Shown piece by piece: positions 28,151 through 41,689 of a stretch of DNA of 64,000 nt. Each line of letters begins with the position of its first letter. Positions within the stretch are counted from its first letter, which is position 1. Under the pieces are notes generated by a model, which was given only the letters and a program-made list of their open reading frames with translations, was not told where the DNA came from and did not search any database. Source of the stretch: Rhizophagus irregularis (taxonomy: Eukaryota); contig NC_089432.1 of the NCBI RefSeq assembly GCF_026210795.1, positions 4,464,001 to 4,528,000 of the forward strand, in the 5' to 3' direction. Position numbers and translations under genes: made by a program.

Positions 28151-30500
28151 TACTACAGCAGATTTTAATTTTCTTTTTTTCGTTTCAAAATATTTATTCA
28201 ATTTTCACGTTACGAATTTTATATTTTTTTCATTATTTTTTTTTTACAATAAATGTATATATAACACTGAGTTAAACCTGAACATAATTAATTGAAGATT
28301 CCTCCATTTCAAAGGTATTTCTGCAAAGTAAAGCTGTATAGTTCAATTATTTTCGTGTATTTCACTTCTAAATTACAATTTTAAAAAAATTTTAAAGTTT
28401 TTTCGTTAAATATTTATTAACCAACTTATAATTTTCTTCTTTTAGTATCATTTGGTTTTCACTCTTTTTGATTTTTACGATTAATGAACATTTTACGTGA
28501 TATTCAATACAAAATGGCCGCAAAAAAAATCTAAAAACATGTAAAATAAAATGATGCTTGCTCTTGGCCAGTTGTATGGTAAATTAACCTACAACTGTTT
28601 CTCCTGAACACCACGTAGAGGTGACAAGCTTCGTTCAGGGAAAAAAGAAACCACTTACCTGTAATTTTATACAACCAGTTTATAATTAATAGGATTAAAA
28701 AAAAAACAATAATATTTGGATTGTTAAGAATAAAAATTGAGCAGAGACGTTCGGACATATAGATATAAAATATAATAACATTCACAACTTGACAAATTCT
28801 ATATGTAAACTGTGTTTTTTTAGTTATGTTCTGGCCCCAGGTACAACTACTTATGCGCAAGTGCATCAAAATAACAAGAAAGATAAGAAAGAAATTAACG
28901 TAAAATCAAAAAAAAAATTATGCACAAGGCATCAGAACAAGAAAGAAATTATTTTTGTAAAATCAAAAATAAGCTTTCTCATCCCCCCATCTAATTATTT
29001 GGTTTACATATATACACAATACGTACTATGTACATACATACATATAATACGTACGTATATATACGTAATGTGGGAAAGTCGACCGAGCAATAAACACAGG
29101 TTTCTCCACTCGAATTTCATTAAAAATTTGTTTAAGTATGGTTTTTAACTTTAACGGTTTTTTCAACTTTTTCAACGTGTAGTGGCCGGTTCTAAAACGT
29201 GATACGGAGTTGGTTGTACCTTACCTTTACCATACTTAACAAAAAAAACAATAAAGAAAAAGAAGAGCGAGAAGTAGTAAAAAAGGAAGAGGGGTTAAAG
29301 AGAGTAAAGAGACAAAGTGGCTATTTTATGTATTTTACTTAAATCGGATTAGTCATGATTGATTATAATGAGTAAGACATAAATCAATATTTTTACTATT
29401 TTTACGTCATTATATACAGTACATGACGTCATATTTTAATTTCAGTATTTACATACAATTAGTTTCATTAGATGTCAAAATTAACCACGACTTTGTTTAG
29501 AAAAGTATTATGTGAAATAATTTGACGTAAATTAAAATTTTATTTCGATTAATTTTAAAGAACCTTTACATACTAAGGATGGTATAGCGTTTCTTCATTT
29601 CTAATATTATTTGTAGTTAAATTGTTAATAAATTACTACGCCATATCTGATATCGCCTTGGTTATTTTACCTTACACGTGGCACAACATAGTATAACGTG
29701 TTGCGATATAAAAGTGTATTGTGTATTATCAAATATTTCCGTAACGGAAAAAGTAGTTAAAATAGTTACATTGGCACATGAAAGATTGAAAGATGAAAGA
29801 TGTAAAAATATTAATTGTTAACGATGTATTATTAAAATTATTAAACATTAATAATAAAAATATTAATTTATGAAATAAAAGCATTAATTTTTTTGCAAAG
29901 TATTTTAAAAACTTTGCATATTAATAAAAAAATATTTAATTATTACTTGATTATCGCAATGTATTATTAAACATTAATAAAAACATTAATTTTTCAAAAC
30001 ATTTATTTTTGCATTTTTGTTAAAGTTTAAAAAAATATATTAATTTCGCAATAAAAACTTTAATTTTACGATATATTTTAAAAAGTTATTACATATTAAT
30101 AAAAAGATTAATTATTACTACATCTAACAAATAAAATTAAAAAAAAATGTGCCAGGATAGTAAGTGTCAGGACTCAGGATAATGAATGTCGTCAGGATTT
30201 CGTAATAAATCCGACTAAATCGCTTAAAATTATTTAAATCTTCTCGCTTCCTATCTTTGATTTCACTAATTGATGATTTATAAATGAAAGAAAGTAAAAT
30301 TTGGGAACATATATTAAAATGGGATCTTATAAATATTTATTGATAATTATTACGGCATATCATATAAAAATTCACGACTCAATTTATAGTTTACGTTCAA
30401 ATTTATAAAAACTTTATTTTTTTTTCAAGTAATTTATTTGACTACTTTACTAGTAAAAACTAGAAATACAATGAAGTAAATACACACGTATACAATGCTT

Positions 30501-31353
30501 TTAACAACCACCACTCTTGCAAAACAAAGCCCTTTCAGCTTTACGGCAGTGTTGGCATTTGGCCGCGGCCAAGAATTTTTTTGGCCGATTTGGCCGGCCA
30601 AAATGGCAAAACGGCCAATGGCCAACCCCGGCCAAATTTTGGCCAAATAACAAAATACTAATACTTTATTAAGGCTGTATTGGCATTTGGCCACGGCCAA
30701 AGATTTTTTTGGCCAGTTTGGCCGACCAAACTGGCCAAACGGCCAAATGGCCAACCCCGGCCAAACGGCAAAGTGCCAACACTGTTAACGGCGTTTCACC
30801 AAACCGGGTAATGGTTTGCCACCACCATAAACCCATTTCCTATACTCCAAGGAAGCACCTTTGGTGTCTCCAGCGTTAAGCTTTCTACGTAACGTAGATT
30901 TTTGATAAGCACCACAGCCAATGTTGAAGGTAAATGAACACAAGGCAGAGAACTGATTAGAATTTAGTTTAACCCGAGTGAGTGACTCAACGCATTTTTC
31001 GAATCTGGCTAAATCCTTTTTGAGCAATGCTTCTCCTTCAGCGCGACTGATGGGAGGGCGGATTTTACTACAATCATTGACATGATAAGCATGACCATAA
31101 CCAATAGTTTTGATTCCCTGGTGTCGTAGTAAATGATGTGATTCATATTTAATTTTGTAATTTCATCAATAAAAAAAAAACTTACCACTGGATCCTTGTA
31201 AAAATTAGGGCTGAAACCTTCAAATCTCTCAATAAGTGCCAAACCTTCCTTGTTGATATGTTGAGCACGACGCATCAGTTCTGAGGATGTACCAGTTACG
31301 AGGATGGCAAAAACAATCACTAAAGTAATTACATTAGATAGTTTCTTGGCCAT
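30501..31353 (-). CDS. Secreted GH24 (phage-type) lysozyme, interrupted near its 3' end by a MITE
   Basis: Exon 1 31353-31186 (signal peptide MAKKLSNVITLVIVFAILVTG..., EGLALIERFEGFSPNFYKDPV); 68-bp intron; exon 2 from 31117 (GIKTIGYGH...NQFSALCSFTFNIG...LPGLVKRR). Catalytic E-x8-D-x5-T intact. Beyond the MITE the frame resumes KAERALFCKSGGC* (stop 30501-03). Confidence 0.92.
30547..30784. mobile_element. 238-bp GGCC-rich MITE inside the lysozyme coding sequence
   Basis: TIR CAGTGTTGGCA...TGCCAACACTG; flanks TTTACGG / TTAACGG (7 bp, 1 mismatch); internal ~90-bp direct duplication (30547-30637 vs ~30675-30765). CAGTG ends resemble hAT, but the TSD is not the canonical 8 bp. Confidence 0.88.
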
Positions 31354-31634
31354 TATGATACAGAAAGTAAGAAAGTAATTAATAATAAATGAAAGTAATA
31401 ATAAATGTAAATGTAACAAATTAAATGTTATTAGGAATTATAGAGAATAGAGAACCCGAAGTGCGATTGAAGCATGTATTTATAACTGTAGGAGTCTTAT
31501 TGAAAGCATTTTAACGTTTGCATGTAAAAAAAAATATGATAGAAATTCTTGTAGAATGTTTTGATTATCGATACAATCAATCTCATGAATATCATTACAT
31601 CATTAATAAGGCTGGAGAGTAGATTTGGAGTATA

Positions 31635-32336
31635 TCCTTACTGAGTCCGGTCCGATGATCTTTCTGAGTCCAGTCATGTCAGTTTTTAGCACAGTCATGT
31701 GAATTTTGATGCGGACCGAATTTTTACTTTGATCAGACTTCGCTACCATCAGACTAAGTTAATTGTGCCGAGTCCTGTGATGTTGATCAATCGGACTGAA
31801 CTAAATTTACACGACTGATAGTATTTAATATTATTATAAAATAACATTAATATTAATATTAACATGAAAATTTTATAACTAACATTTGGTATTACTATTA
31901 GTGAATTAGTTGTAATATTATTTTTATTATTTTCAGTAATGTCAATTACATCCATGTTTTTCTTTATAAAATCAAATACATGAAAAATTGAAAGAAATAC
32001 TTTGCAAATTTCATTTGGAAGGCTTACAAATTTGAAATTATTAATTAAAATTATTAATTATATAATATTAATGACATTATAATTATTCATTATGGCATAA
32101 TATTAATATCTCATTAAATTAAAAAAAATTTTTTTTTAATGACTCATTATAAAGCGAATGGCAAAAAAAAAGCCCAGTGTAGATCAAGATCAAGCTTTAT
32201 AATTAATCGGACCCAAGTGAATTTAAGTGGATCATCGGACCGCATGGTCCGAGGGTCCGGACCCAAATCCACATGACTGTACTAAAAATTGACATGACTG
32301 GACTCAGAAGGATCATCAGACCGGACACTGTAAGGC
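31635..32336. mobile_element. ~700-bp MITE with ~70-bp TIRs upstream of the lysozyme
   Basis: CCTTACTGAGTCCGGTCCGATGATCTTTCTGAGTCCAGTCATGTCAGTTTTTAG is inverted at ~32280-32335 with a few mismatches; probable ATA TSD (31632-34, 32337-39). Confidence 0.8.
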
Positions 32337-32609
32337 ATAACCGGTAGATTTGCATCAGTTGATCCTGATTTTATAATTCCAACCAGAATTATGACTCAGT
32401 AAGTCGATCATTCTTTTTTGGTGATAGCCGTTCCACAAAGCATTTTCCTAAAACGAAATTTCCTTTTTAGGATATCGTGTAACTATAATATTCAAAAAAG
32501 GAAAAAAAATTTAACATTATTCCGCCAGCACTATAAAATTTCTGCCAACGGGCAATAAATACCTGTAGATGTCCATTTTTTAACGAATAACGGTTACATA
32601 CTCTACTGA

Positions 32610-32890
32610 GGAGGCTTAAATTCTTAAAGTGAGTCGTTAAATAACATTAGGTTGGATCATGGCTTAAATTCCTTAAAATAAGTTGTTAAAAAATTGGAGA
32701 ATATCAATAATCATCTATAAATCTCATTAGGGCTGGATTGTGAGGCTGAGAGGCTTAAATCCTTAAAGAGAGTTGTTAAAATTGGTGAATATCAATAATC
32801 ATCTATAAATCTTACTAGGGCTGGATTGTAAGGCTGGGTGGCTTAAACTCTTAAAATGGAGGCGTTGAAAAATTGATGTGAATATCATTT
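32610..32890. repeat. Degenerate tandem repeat (~50-90-bp units)
   Basis: GGCTTAAA(T)..CTTAAA...GTT(A/G)AAA four times; AATATCAATAATCATCTATAAATCT..TAGGGCTGGATTGT twice. Confidence 0.7.
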
Positions 32891-33960
32891 CTGTGGATAA
32901 AAGTGACGCCGGTAATTTGACGTCATTCTTGTCATACTTGCATATCTGCATAACCACAAATCATTATTAACGTTTTAAGGTTAACTGTTAATAGCATAAA
33001 AAAAGTTGATTTAAAAATTGTCGTAAAATAATTTTTACCTCTTCCTATTTTTTCACCAGAAGAATGTCGTTTTAGGCAGCTTATTATCGGTTCTTTTTGT
33101 TCTACTTTACGAACTATTTTATATAACTTCTTGTAGACTGTTCTGTAATTGGTTTCCTCTGGGAAATAAAAATTAAAATATAGTTATCACTTTTTTTCAA
33201 TTTAATAAACAAACAATTCAATAGTCAATAGTTTAATCTACCATTTTACACCTGACAGTATTTACATGTGGCACACTTACGATTACTTTGTATGTTTTTT
33301 AAGTCATTTAAATCGGTGGATGGTTGCTTTTTTTATGGGTTTTATATTCAGTTTTGTGTATTTTTTTTAAAATTTACATATAGTTGTACTGTGTAATGAT
33401 TAATTATTATAAATAAATCTCAAAAAATTTTAACAAACATATTATTATCAATTCTTATGCAAACTTGTAAAACTTAATTAAACCTTGGTTAGGTTTGGTG
33501 TAACTTGGATTCTTAAAACAAGCATACACTACGTCGCATATACCGACATATTGCGGCAGATTTATGAAATTTGGCAAAAACCCCTGCTGCGCCCTCGGAA
33601 ATTAAAATTGACTTACAGAACCATGTGATATCGATTAAGCTTTTTCCTTAAAAAATGCCAAAATAATAACGCGCCTTTTAACACTGGAAAAATTGGTTAG
33701 ATGGTGGGAAAATTGATTAGACGCAAGATTGAAATTTTATTAGGGCTCATTTTTGACTGTTCACTAATAAATTTGATCAAAGTAAGTGTATGATATATTA
33801 ACATTTTAATAGAATTTATTAAGGATATAATAATATTAATCTTTACTGAATAAAAATTAGCTAAAATGATGTATAGTTCGATGGCCAAAAAAAAACAAAA
33901 TTTTCACGGAAGGGATAAAACAAAATTTTTGGAAAAACATATAAAAATTAATATCACAAA

Positions 33961-35453
33961 ATGTCAGAAAATATGTTTACAACGTCGGAAGAAGTCACAA
34001 ACAACTTTATGAAGGAGTTTATGAAAGGGTTCGAGGATATTGAAAAGAACTTTTTATTGGACGTATACAAAATAAACACACTAGAGGAATTTCAAGACAT
34101 TAACAATAAGGCTTTCCCAAGTATACCGGTTGAAAATATAACGGAAAAAGCTCTCATAGAACAAGATATTCCTAGACCGTCTAAAGCTATGTTTATATTG
34201 TTTTTCTTATTAGAATGGAGTGTTTGTAAACTTTTACGAACTTTCTTAGAAGAATTGCTCTCCCAAGTTCCCTCAATGACCGCAGCAAAAATTCACAGTC
34301 ACGTGAGCTGAAAGAGAAATTATGCAATTTAGAAAGTTAGGTAACTTGCTACATCAAGAGAAAATAAAGAAACACATGGAGACGATTACAAAATTGGAAA
34401 TAGAAAAAAAAACAGATGAACCAATCAAATAATGATACAGTAGACAAAGAACAAATAATATCGGAAAATAAGGAGTTAGTTAAGAAGTACGAGGTCATTA
34501 TATCTGAATTAGAAGCAAAAATTAAAAATTTAGAATCAGTAAAGAAAAATGAAACGAAAAATAGCAAGTCTAACAAGTGGCGTAACACAAACATCGCAAA
34601 ATAGAAAGATCACCAAGGTCCAACTACCGACGTTAACTATTTAGATTTCACGTGACTTAAGATTCTATCATATTGGAAAGATGACGAAATCCATGAAAAA
34701 CAAGTGGGTTACGCAGAACATCTAACAATCAAACGCAATTACAAATATAAGACTGCTCAGACCAGAATCCGCCTAACAAGAGATATGGAAGCAATTTTAA
34801 TAAAAGGTGGAGCCAATATAACAATTTCGAGAAATAAACGGTTATATTTTTTTAGGATGTTTGACGCAAAGATTTCTTCAAGAGACATAAAGAAAAGATA
34901 TAGTTATCAATCGGTTACAAAGCTGAACGATCAAGAAAACGAAAAAAAGAATATACAATTATTAAAGACTACATAAGAAAATACGGAGGCCACTTCGCTA
35001 AAATCATTAAATTAACAAAATGAAATATATTTTAATGTATTTAATAATGAATAAAAATTATTCAAGGTCACTTATGATTCAGCAATGAACGAAGGATTAT
35101 GTAATTGGTTGCAGATAAAAGACCAAAACGAACTTATAGGAAAAGATGGGAGTTTCAAGAAGATGAGATACCGAAATACACACAACAACAACGCACATCC
35201 TTCGTAGACGCGTTAACGAATAACGAGTCCTACGGTTTCAACAATGCCAAGAAGTAAAGAAGTGATTGAAAAATACAATCAATTAAACTCTGAATTTAGT
35301 AATCGAATTAGTGTAATTGGTGGAAAAGTAGATACAAGCAATAAAGATAAGGCAAAAGAAAAGGTTGTGGATTCTGAAAGCGAAAAATTGAACGGGAACA
35401 AAAAGTGCGTAGTGACAATTCAGGGAGGAAGGGACGACTCTGATAACGAATAA
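33961..35453 (+). pseudogene. Degenerate multi-fragment ORF, possibly ORF1 of a non-LTR retrotransposon
   Basis: Four collinear + strand fragments (33961, 34416, 34704, 35244) separated by stops and frameshifts, no introns, coiled-coil-like stretch (ENKELVKKYEVIISELEAKIKNLE). The ORF1 assignment is inference. Confidence 0.4.
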
Positions 35454-37636
35454 AAGTTCAATTGAGTAAACAAAATTGAAAGTAAGGTCAAAATTTTTTT
35501 TTTTTCGTTGGAAAAGGGTTGAAGATCAATTTAGTCAAGTGAAGAACTATTGGCTAGTTTTCGAATACGTTTCCGTTAGACGGAAATTAATTTTTTGAAT
35601 TGTTGCATTTTCAATTTTTATCGGATCATTTCATTTCGTAATATTTTATGAATTAATTTAACTTTTCAGCTATTATTACAGATTCTCCTGAGATGAGATT
35701 TGGAATTCAACGTTCAAAATTTTTTTTGTAAATTTGCTATAAAGTATGTATAACATAAAAAAAAAATATTTTATTTTATTGTAATTTTGGAGAGTCATCG
35801 ACTTATTGCGTTCCATAATTTATAAAAATAATTCTTAAAGAAGAAAACAAATAAGAATTCAACATAAAACTTCAATTTATTTAATAACAAAGAAAAATTG
35901 GTTGACAATCGTTTATTTCACTTCTTTCGCGAGGTAAATAATAACCATATTTTTACGTTTCTAATTGATTATTTAAAATTTGTCACAAAACTTTTACTAT
36001 AAATACGTCATTTTATTTAAATTAAGTCATAAAAATATTTTCATTGTACTTCTTATTATAATCTGAAAAAAGAAATGTTCTATAAATAAATACTACATCG
36101 GAGTATATGATCCATAAGATCATGGATTGTTGGATATAATAGTTACATTTTATAATATTTTGATAACCAAGATAAATAAACAACTATCATTTATTTTTAC
36201 TTTTTTAGGATGGGAAATTGAAAGATTGTATTGTTTGGTTAATTAACTTAATCGGAGTTAATTAGAAGATAATAAAAAAAAATCTATTTGAAAAATAATA
36301 CAGTAAATAAAAAAATGATATCATTGTTCTTTATAAATTTTTGTTTAAATCTTACAGTACAATCTTACAGTACAATAATATTGTCATACAACAAGATAAA
36401 GATGTACAGTAACCAAATATGGTAAAGTTTAAAAAAAAAATCGAAAAAATATTAGCATCGGCGTTTATGCATCTTTATGTCCATTATGAGCGTTATATGG
36501 TCACGGTCGTTAGTAACCAAGAAGTCTTTCTTCAAAAAATTTAGATGGTAAATGAAGAAATGTACTCGTATATTGAATACATGAAGGAACATTTAAACAA
36601 CTAATCTGTATTTATGCAGTAAAGTTATCTTTTATTTCGTTTATTTTTTATTTTTTTTTTTTTGATTCCTACGCAGAAATTGAAAATAAAATCATCCGTT
36701 ACACCAAAATTTTTTTTTAAGAAACAATCAAACAATGTATATTATGCATATAAGATGATCTAAGATAATGATCACTTGCATAAATTCATATGAAAAATGT
36801 TTATACGGTTTGTGCGGCTTTAATTTGACCGAGTGTCCGGATTAAAATATTGAATCGGTTTCTATTCCAGCCACATCCAAGATCCGAGTAACTTAATATT
36901 GATATGTATAGAAGTAAGCAAGCCACATCCGCCACAGATAATTTAGATAAGGCAATGATGGGCAAGTCAAATTTATATAAATTCTACAGATGTCATGAAA
37001 TCGAATAATAACAATAACAAATAAAATAAAAAAAAATGAATATGTAAATAATTATCGTTATAAGATAAAAAAAATGTATTAATCTATCTTTTTTAGCTAA
37101 ACAAATGAACAATAAAAAGATGATTCACGTGCAAAATAAATTAAAAAACGCATACAATTAATTCTTAAAGAAGTTGCTTTCTTCTTCTTATCTGTCATTT
37201 ACTAGATAAAATTCCAATAAATAAATTATATAACGTCATTTGATGTAAGCATGTATGTAAGTATTTTAAACTCCGTGTTTTTTTTTTTTGAAAGAATTTA
37301 TGGCATTGAATGTGTTTCGGAATTAAAAAAAATGAGGTTCTTAGTACTTTTCGAAAAGAAGAAAAGAAAGAATCTTTTCAATTCTAAATGCGTTTCAAGG
37401 AGAGAATTAAGAAAGAACCCTTTCAGTTCTAAATGCGTTTCAAGGAGAGAATAATTTTTATTTTTTTATGTTCTTTTGGAAATATTTTATATGAGAGTAC
37501 TTGGAGAAAATGAATAAAAGCAGGTAAGTTTCGAACGATAATCATTCAAAAAATTTTATTAAAAAAATAATTAACTACAAAAACTACATTAAACATTATT
37601 TTTTTTTGACGTGACATTATTTTAAAGAGATTAAAA

Positions 37637-38080
37637 ATGACCGCTAGAAGAATGTCCCAAAATGCTTTTTTGTGTTTTGCTGAAATATATCGTGATGTTC
37701 TTTGTGAAACAGAAAGAATCGAACGCCCACTAGCAATGGAATTAGCATCACGTGTATGGGCCAAAATGAAGGATGAAGAAAAAATTCCATGGTTTAGATT
37801 ACACAATGAAAAAAAACTAATGAGTATGGTTGAAAGAGATATGACATTACTTAATAAGTCGAATTTTGATTTGATAAAGTTAACGTCCAATTCACCATTT
37901 ATTATCGAACCAAAATCATTAATGGCTGGTGTGGTAATGGAAAGATTGGCAACGAGACAAATTGTCACAAATAGGAACACTGATGATGGTGGTGATGGTG
38001 GTGATGTCAATGATGAAGAATACACGGAAATTTTTAATGAATTTATAGACCAAAATATGGTGGCTAGTGAATATTGTTGA
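37637..38080 (+). CDS. HMG-box protein with acidic C-terminus, 147 aa
   Basis: [13 protein letters not shown]...[20 protein letters not shown] fits the HMG-box pattern (NAF..F...R...W..m..eeK.pw); probable 5'UTR intron ~37524-37627 (CAG|GTAAG...AAAG). Confidence 0.8.
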   Translation: MTARRMSQNAFLCFAEIYRDVLCETERIERPLAMELASRVWAKMKDEEKIPWFRLHNEKKLMSMVERDMTLLNKSNFDLIKLTSNSPFIIEPKSLMAGVVMERLATRQIVTNRNTDDGGDGGDVNDEEYTEIFNEFIDQNMVASEYC

Positions 38081-39692
38081 AAATAAATTGTGACACCAGC
38101 AACTTTCATAAGATATAAATATGCTTTAAAAATCTATGAGAAATATAAAGTCTGAATTATGATATTATTAATTTGTTATATGTCTATCAATAGTTAAAAA
38201 TAGTTGTTAGAATTACCATCTAAAATCTATGTAGTCTATATCAAAACATTAAGAAATAATTTATATAAGTAATTAAGCTTTTAAAATAAATAAATAAAAG
38301 ATGATAGATATTTTGTAAATCTATATATAAGGAAAATAAATTCTTAACAAATTCTTTGGAAATTTTTTATTTCACTATATTTATACTAGTTTACAAAGAC
38401 TTAAATTAATCAAAATTCACAATTTGGTATAAGAATGTAATTAATTTTCTTTTTCTTTTAGAACTTCTTTTCATCAAAAGATCATCAATTTGTAAATTTT
38501 GAAATCATATTTGAAATTTTAATTTTGGTGCTACGGATAGTCGGATAGTGCTTTGATCCACGTACGGATTGATCCGGGATTTTCCTTGAAAAGTGCATTT
38601 TTACGTGATCACCCATTTTATTCATCACAACCTCTAATCGCGAAATACTAATTCTCTTTTGAAATGTTTAAATATTATAGTTTATTAGAAAAAATTTTAA
38701 ACAAAATATTTTTATTTATTTAATCGAACAACAAAAATATATTTTTTACCATTGCAATAAAGTTATTCATAATCTTTTAAATTAAAAAGAAAGTTGCGGA
38801 TTTCATTGGCTATTTTCTGTTACTATATATAAAAATATTATGTTTGAATAAATATGTTTTTTAAAACCCTTATTTCCTTTATTCAAAAAAAAAACAAACA
38901 TTACATCGATATTTGTAGATTTCATTTCATTCGATATTTCTCATTTCCCATGTTTCAAACCCAAATTAATGTTCCAAATTTAGAAACTGGTATCACTCCT
39001 ATTTCTTATTTGGAAGCTGGTGCAATTGTCAATTTATACTATAAAAGACATTTTGGTATAATGGCATAATAGGATTTTCAAAAATTTCACAATTTCAATT
39101 TCAAAAATTACAAAAATTTAATTTTTTGAAATTTTGTAATTTCAAAAAGAGAAACATTTTAAAAATTTTTTAGTGTAAATTAACATAGCAATTATGTTAA
39201 TTTTAAAAATAAAATGGTTATAATTTCAGATAGAATATATTTTAATTTATTTTATCAATTGTGATAAAAGATCTGCTGAAAAATTGGGACGGTATATTTT
39301 TTGTAATAGAAAATGAATGATAATGAGTGAGTTAGGTCACACACAATGTTTTTGTGATAATTGTAAAAAGAATAGAATGTTTAATATATACAAAGGGTAA
39401 AACCCATAAAAAAATTTAATAAGACGTGAATATCATAAAAACATTAAGGATAAAATAATATTCAACTTTACAATTGAAAAGATGTCAAACTCATACGACG
39501 ACTACAAATTTCAGTCCTCAAGGGACGATGACATCATAACAGCAGTAAATAAATATTAAATCATAAAGTGATCGACAATTACGATCCATGCATGTGCTAT
39601 TAATGTTTTGGTGACACAATCTTTATATGTAAGTAAGCTCACGAGGCATAAAAATTTTATTTTTTCAATAAAAAATTTTTCTGCACCCAAAA

Positions 39693-41689
39693 ATGTCTAA
39701 CAAAATTGAACCTGAAGTTATTGATAATTCAAATGAGATGATTAATTGGATTGATGAAGCTATTACAAAAAATTACCTTAAATATTATGAATATAATCAT
39801 TTTTATAATATTCAAGAAATTGGTTTCGGAAGGTTCGGAAAAGTTTATCGTGCAAACTATAGAAATTCTTGTAAAGTATTGAAAAATTTTTTTAATTTTG
39901 ATAATGTCACAGTTAAAGAAATTGTTAATGAAGTAATTATAATATTTATTAATTTTATATATATTTTGGTCTTTACGATATTATTATTTCATTTTTTAAT
40001 TTAAATTCTGTTTTATGATTAGCTTAAACTTCATCGCCAAATGAAATCTTATGAGAATATTATTCATTTTTGTGGCGTTACAACAAGTATGATAAATAGT
40101 TTTTGATGATATTTGTTTTTTTATTCTCAGTAAAATATTAAAAATTTAATTATTTTTGTTTTTTCTTCTTTTAAAAGAAAATCGAAATGATAATTCAAAA
40201 AAGTATCAATTGGTAATGGAATATGCTGATGATGGTACCCTTCGTAATTATTTAAAAGAACATTTTGATAAACTCACTTGGAATGATAAGTTAAATCTGG
40301 CACTTCAATTGGCTCGTGCTGTATTATGTTTACATGATGAAGGAATAACGCATCGTGATTTGGTAATTAATTAATTTATAATATACTTCTATTCATGAAT
40401 AATTTATAATTTATTCACTTGAATTTAATTAATTTATTCATCATTTATAATTATAGAACCCTAACAATGTATTAGTTCATCAAGGTATTATCAAATTATC
40501 AGATTTCGGATTATCAAAAAGAATTGAAGAATCGTTCAATCTTCAATCAAAATTATTTGATATGGTTGTTTACGTTGATCCAAAAGTTTTTGATCAAATA
40601 AGATACAATTATTATCAATTGCAAACATACTCTTTAAATAAAAAGAGTGATATTTATAGCATTGGTATACTCTTATGGGAACTATCTAGTGGTCGCCCAC
40701 CTTTTTGTAATGAACTTTTCAATACATCCGATCTTGATCTGGCTTTAGAAATATTACAGGGTCTTAGAGAGAAACCTATTCCTAATACCCCCGAAGATTA
40801 TTTAAAACTTTATACTGGTAAATATAATATATTAATAATGTTGTTTTTGGTTAATTTTAAATTATATTAATATACTTAATATATTTAAATGTTTTTAATA
40901 GAATGTTGGGATAATGAGCCAGATAATCGACCAACTATCAATGAAGTTATTACTAAATTAAATATAATTATTTCAAATCAATTATTAAGTGAACATCAAG
41001 TTATTCAAAATTTTGATAAGATAAATTTAAACGAAATAGAACCTTCGATGTCGTTTGATGAAAATAATTTTAATCTGATGATTCATGAAATATTTACTTT
41101 ACTTACCAATATAGAAAAAGATAAAGTAAAAGAGGCAATTCTTAATTGTTTTAATGATCATAACGTAAATTCACAAGATATTTATGATTGGTTAATAAAT
41201 CATCAGGATAATTCAGATTCTATCGTTTTGCTTGGAGAATTTAATTATTTTGGAATTGTAGTTAATGTTGATAGACAAAAAGCATTTGAATTATATGAAA
41301 AAGCAGCAAATTTAGGAAATTCAATTGGGTTGGACAATTTAGGAAATTGTTATGATGAAGGAATTGGAGTTAACGTCAATAAAGAAAAAGCATTTGAATT
41401 ATATCAAAAAGCTGCAAGTTTGGGTAATACGTCTGGTATAAATAATTTAGGATATTGTTATGATTATGGAGTTGGAACTAATATTGATAAACAAAAAGCA
41501 TGTGAATTATATCAAAAGGCAGCAAATTTAGGAAATATTACAGCTCAATATAATTTAGCTACAATGTATGTAAATGGAGATGGAGCTTTGAAAAATATAG
41601 ATCAAGCAATTTATTGGTTTGAAAAAGCTGCTGAACAAGGTGATGAAGACGCTCAAAATAAATTAGAAGAATTCAAGAATTTGATATGA
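39693..41689 (+). CDS. Kinase-Sel1 paralog 3, intact
   Basis: Exons 39693-39932, 40023-40086, 40178-40362, 40457-40817, 40902-41689 in frame; GFGRFG, KVLK, HRDL|NPNN, DFG, DIYS, ~4 Sel1 repeats. Confidence 0.9.

Noticed and set aside
30434..30754. 106-aa ORF
   Set aside because: Reads through the GGCC-rich MITE; the real lysozyme tail is in another frame.
30501..31353. Prophage or bacterial contamination as the source of the lysozyme
   Set aside because: It has a spliceosomal intron, a signal peptide and fungal-type flanks, and no other phage genes are present.
32300..32320. CTGATGA on the minus strand as a hammerhead core
   Set aside because: It lies within a MITE TIR whose other arm reads CCGATGA, and no hammerhead stems with GAAA were found.
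37637..38080. Mating-type locus
   Set aside because: No homeodomain pair or sexP/sexM-type flanking genes, and HMG genes are a large family in this lineage.
37546..38109. 187-aa minus-strand ORF
   Set aside because: Antisense shadow of the HMG-box gene with no recognisable motif.
38854..39069. 71-aa ORF with protein-like composition
   Set aside because: No recognisable domain or supportable exon structure.
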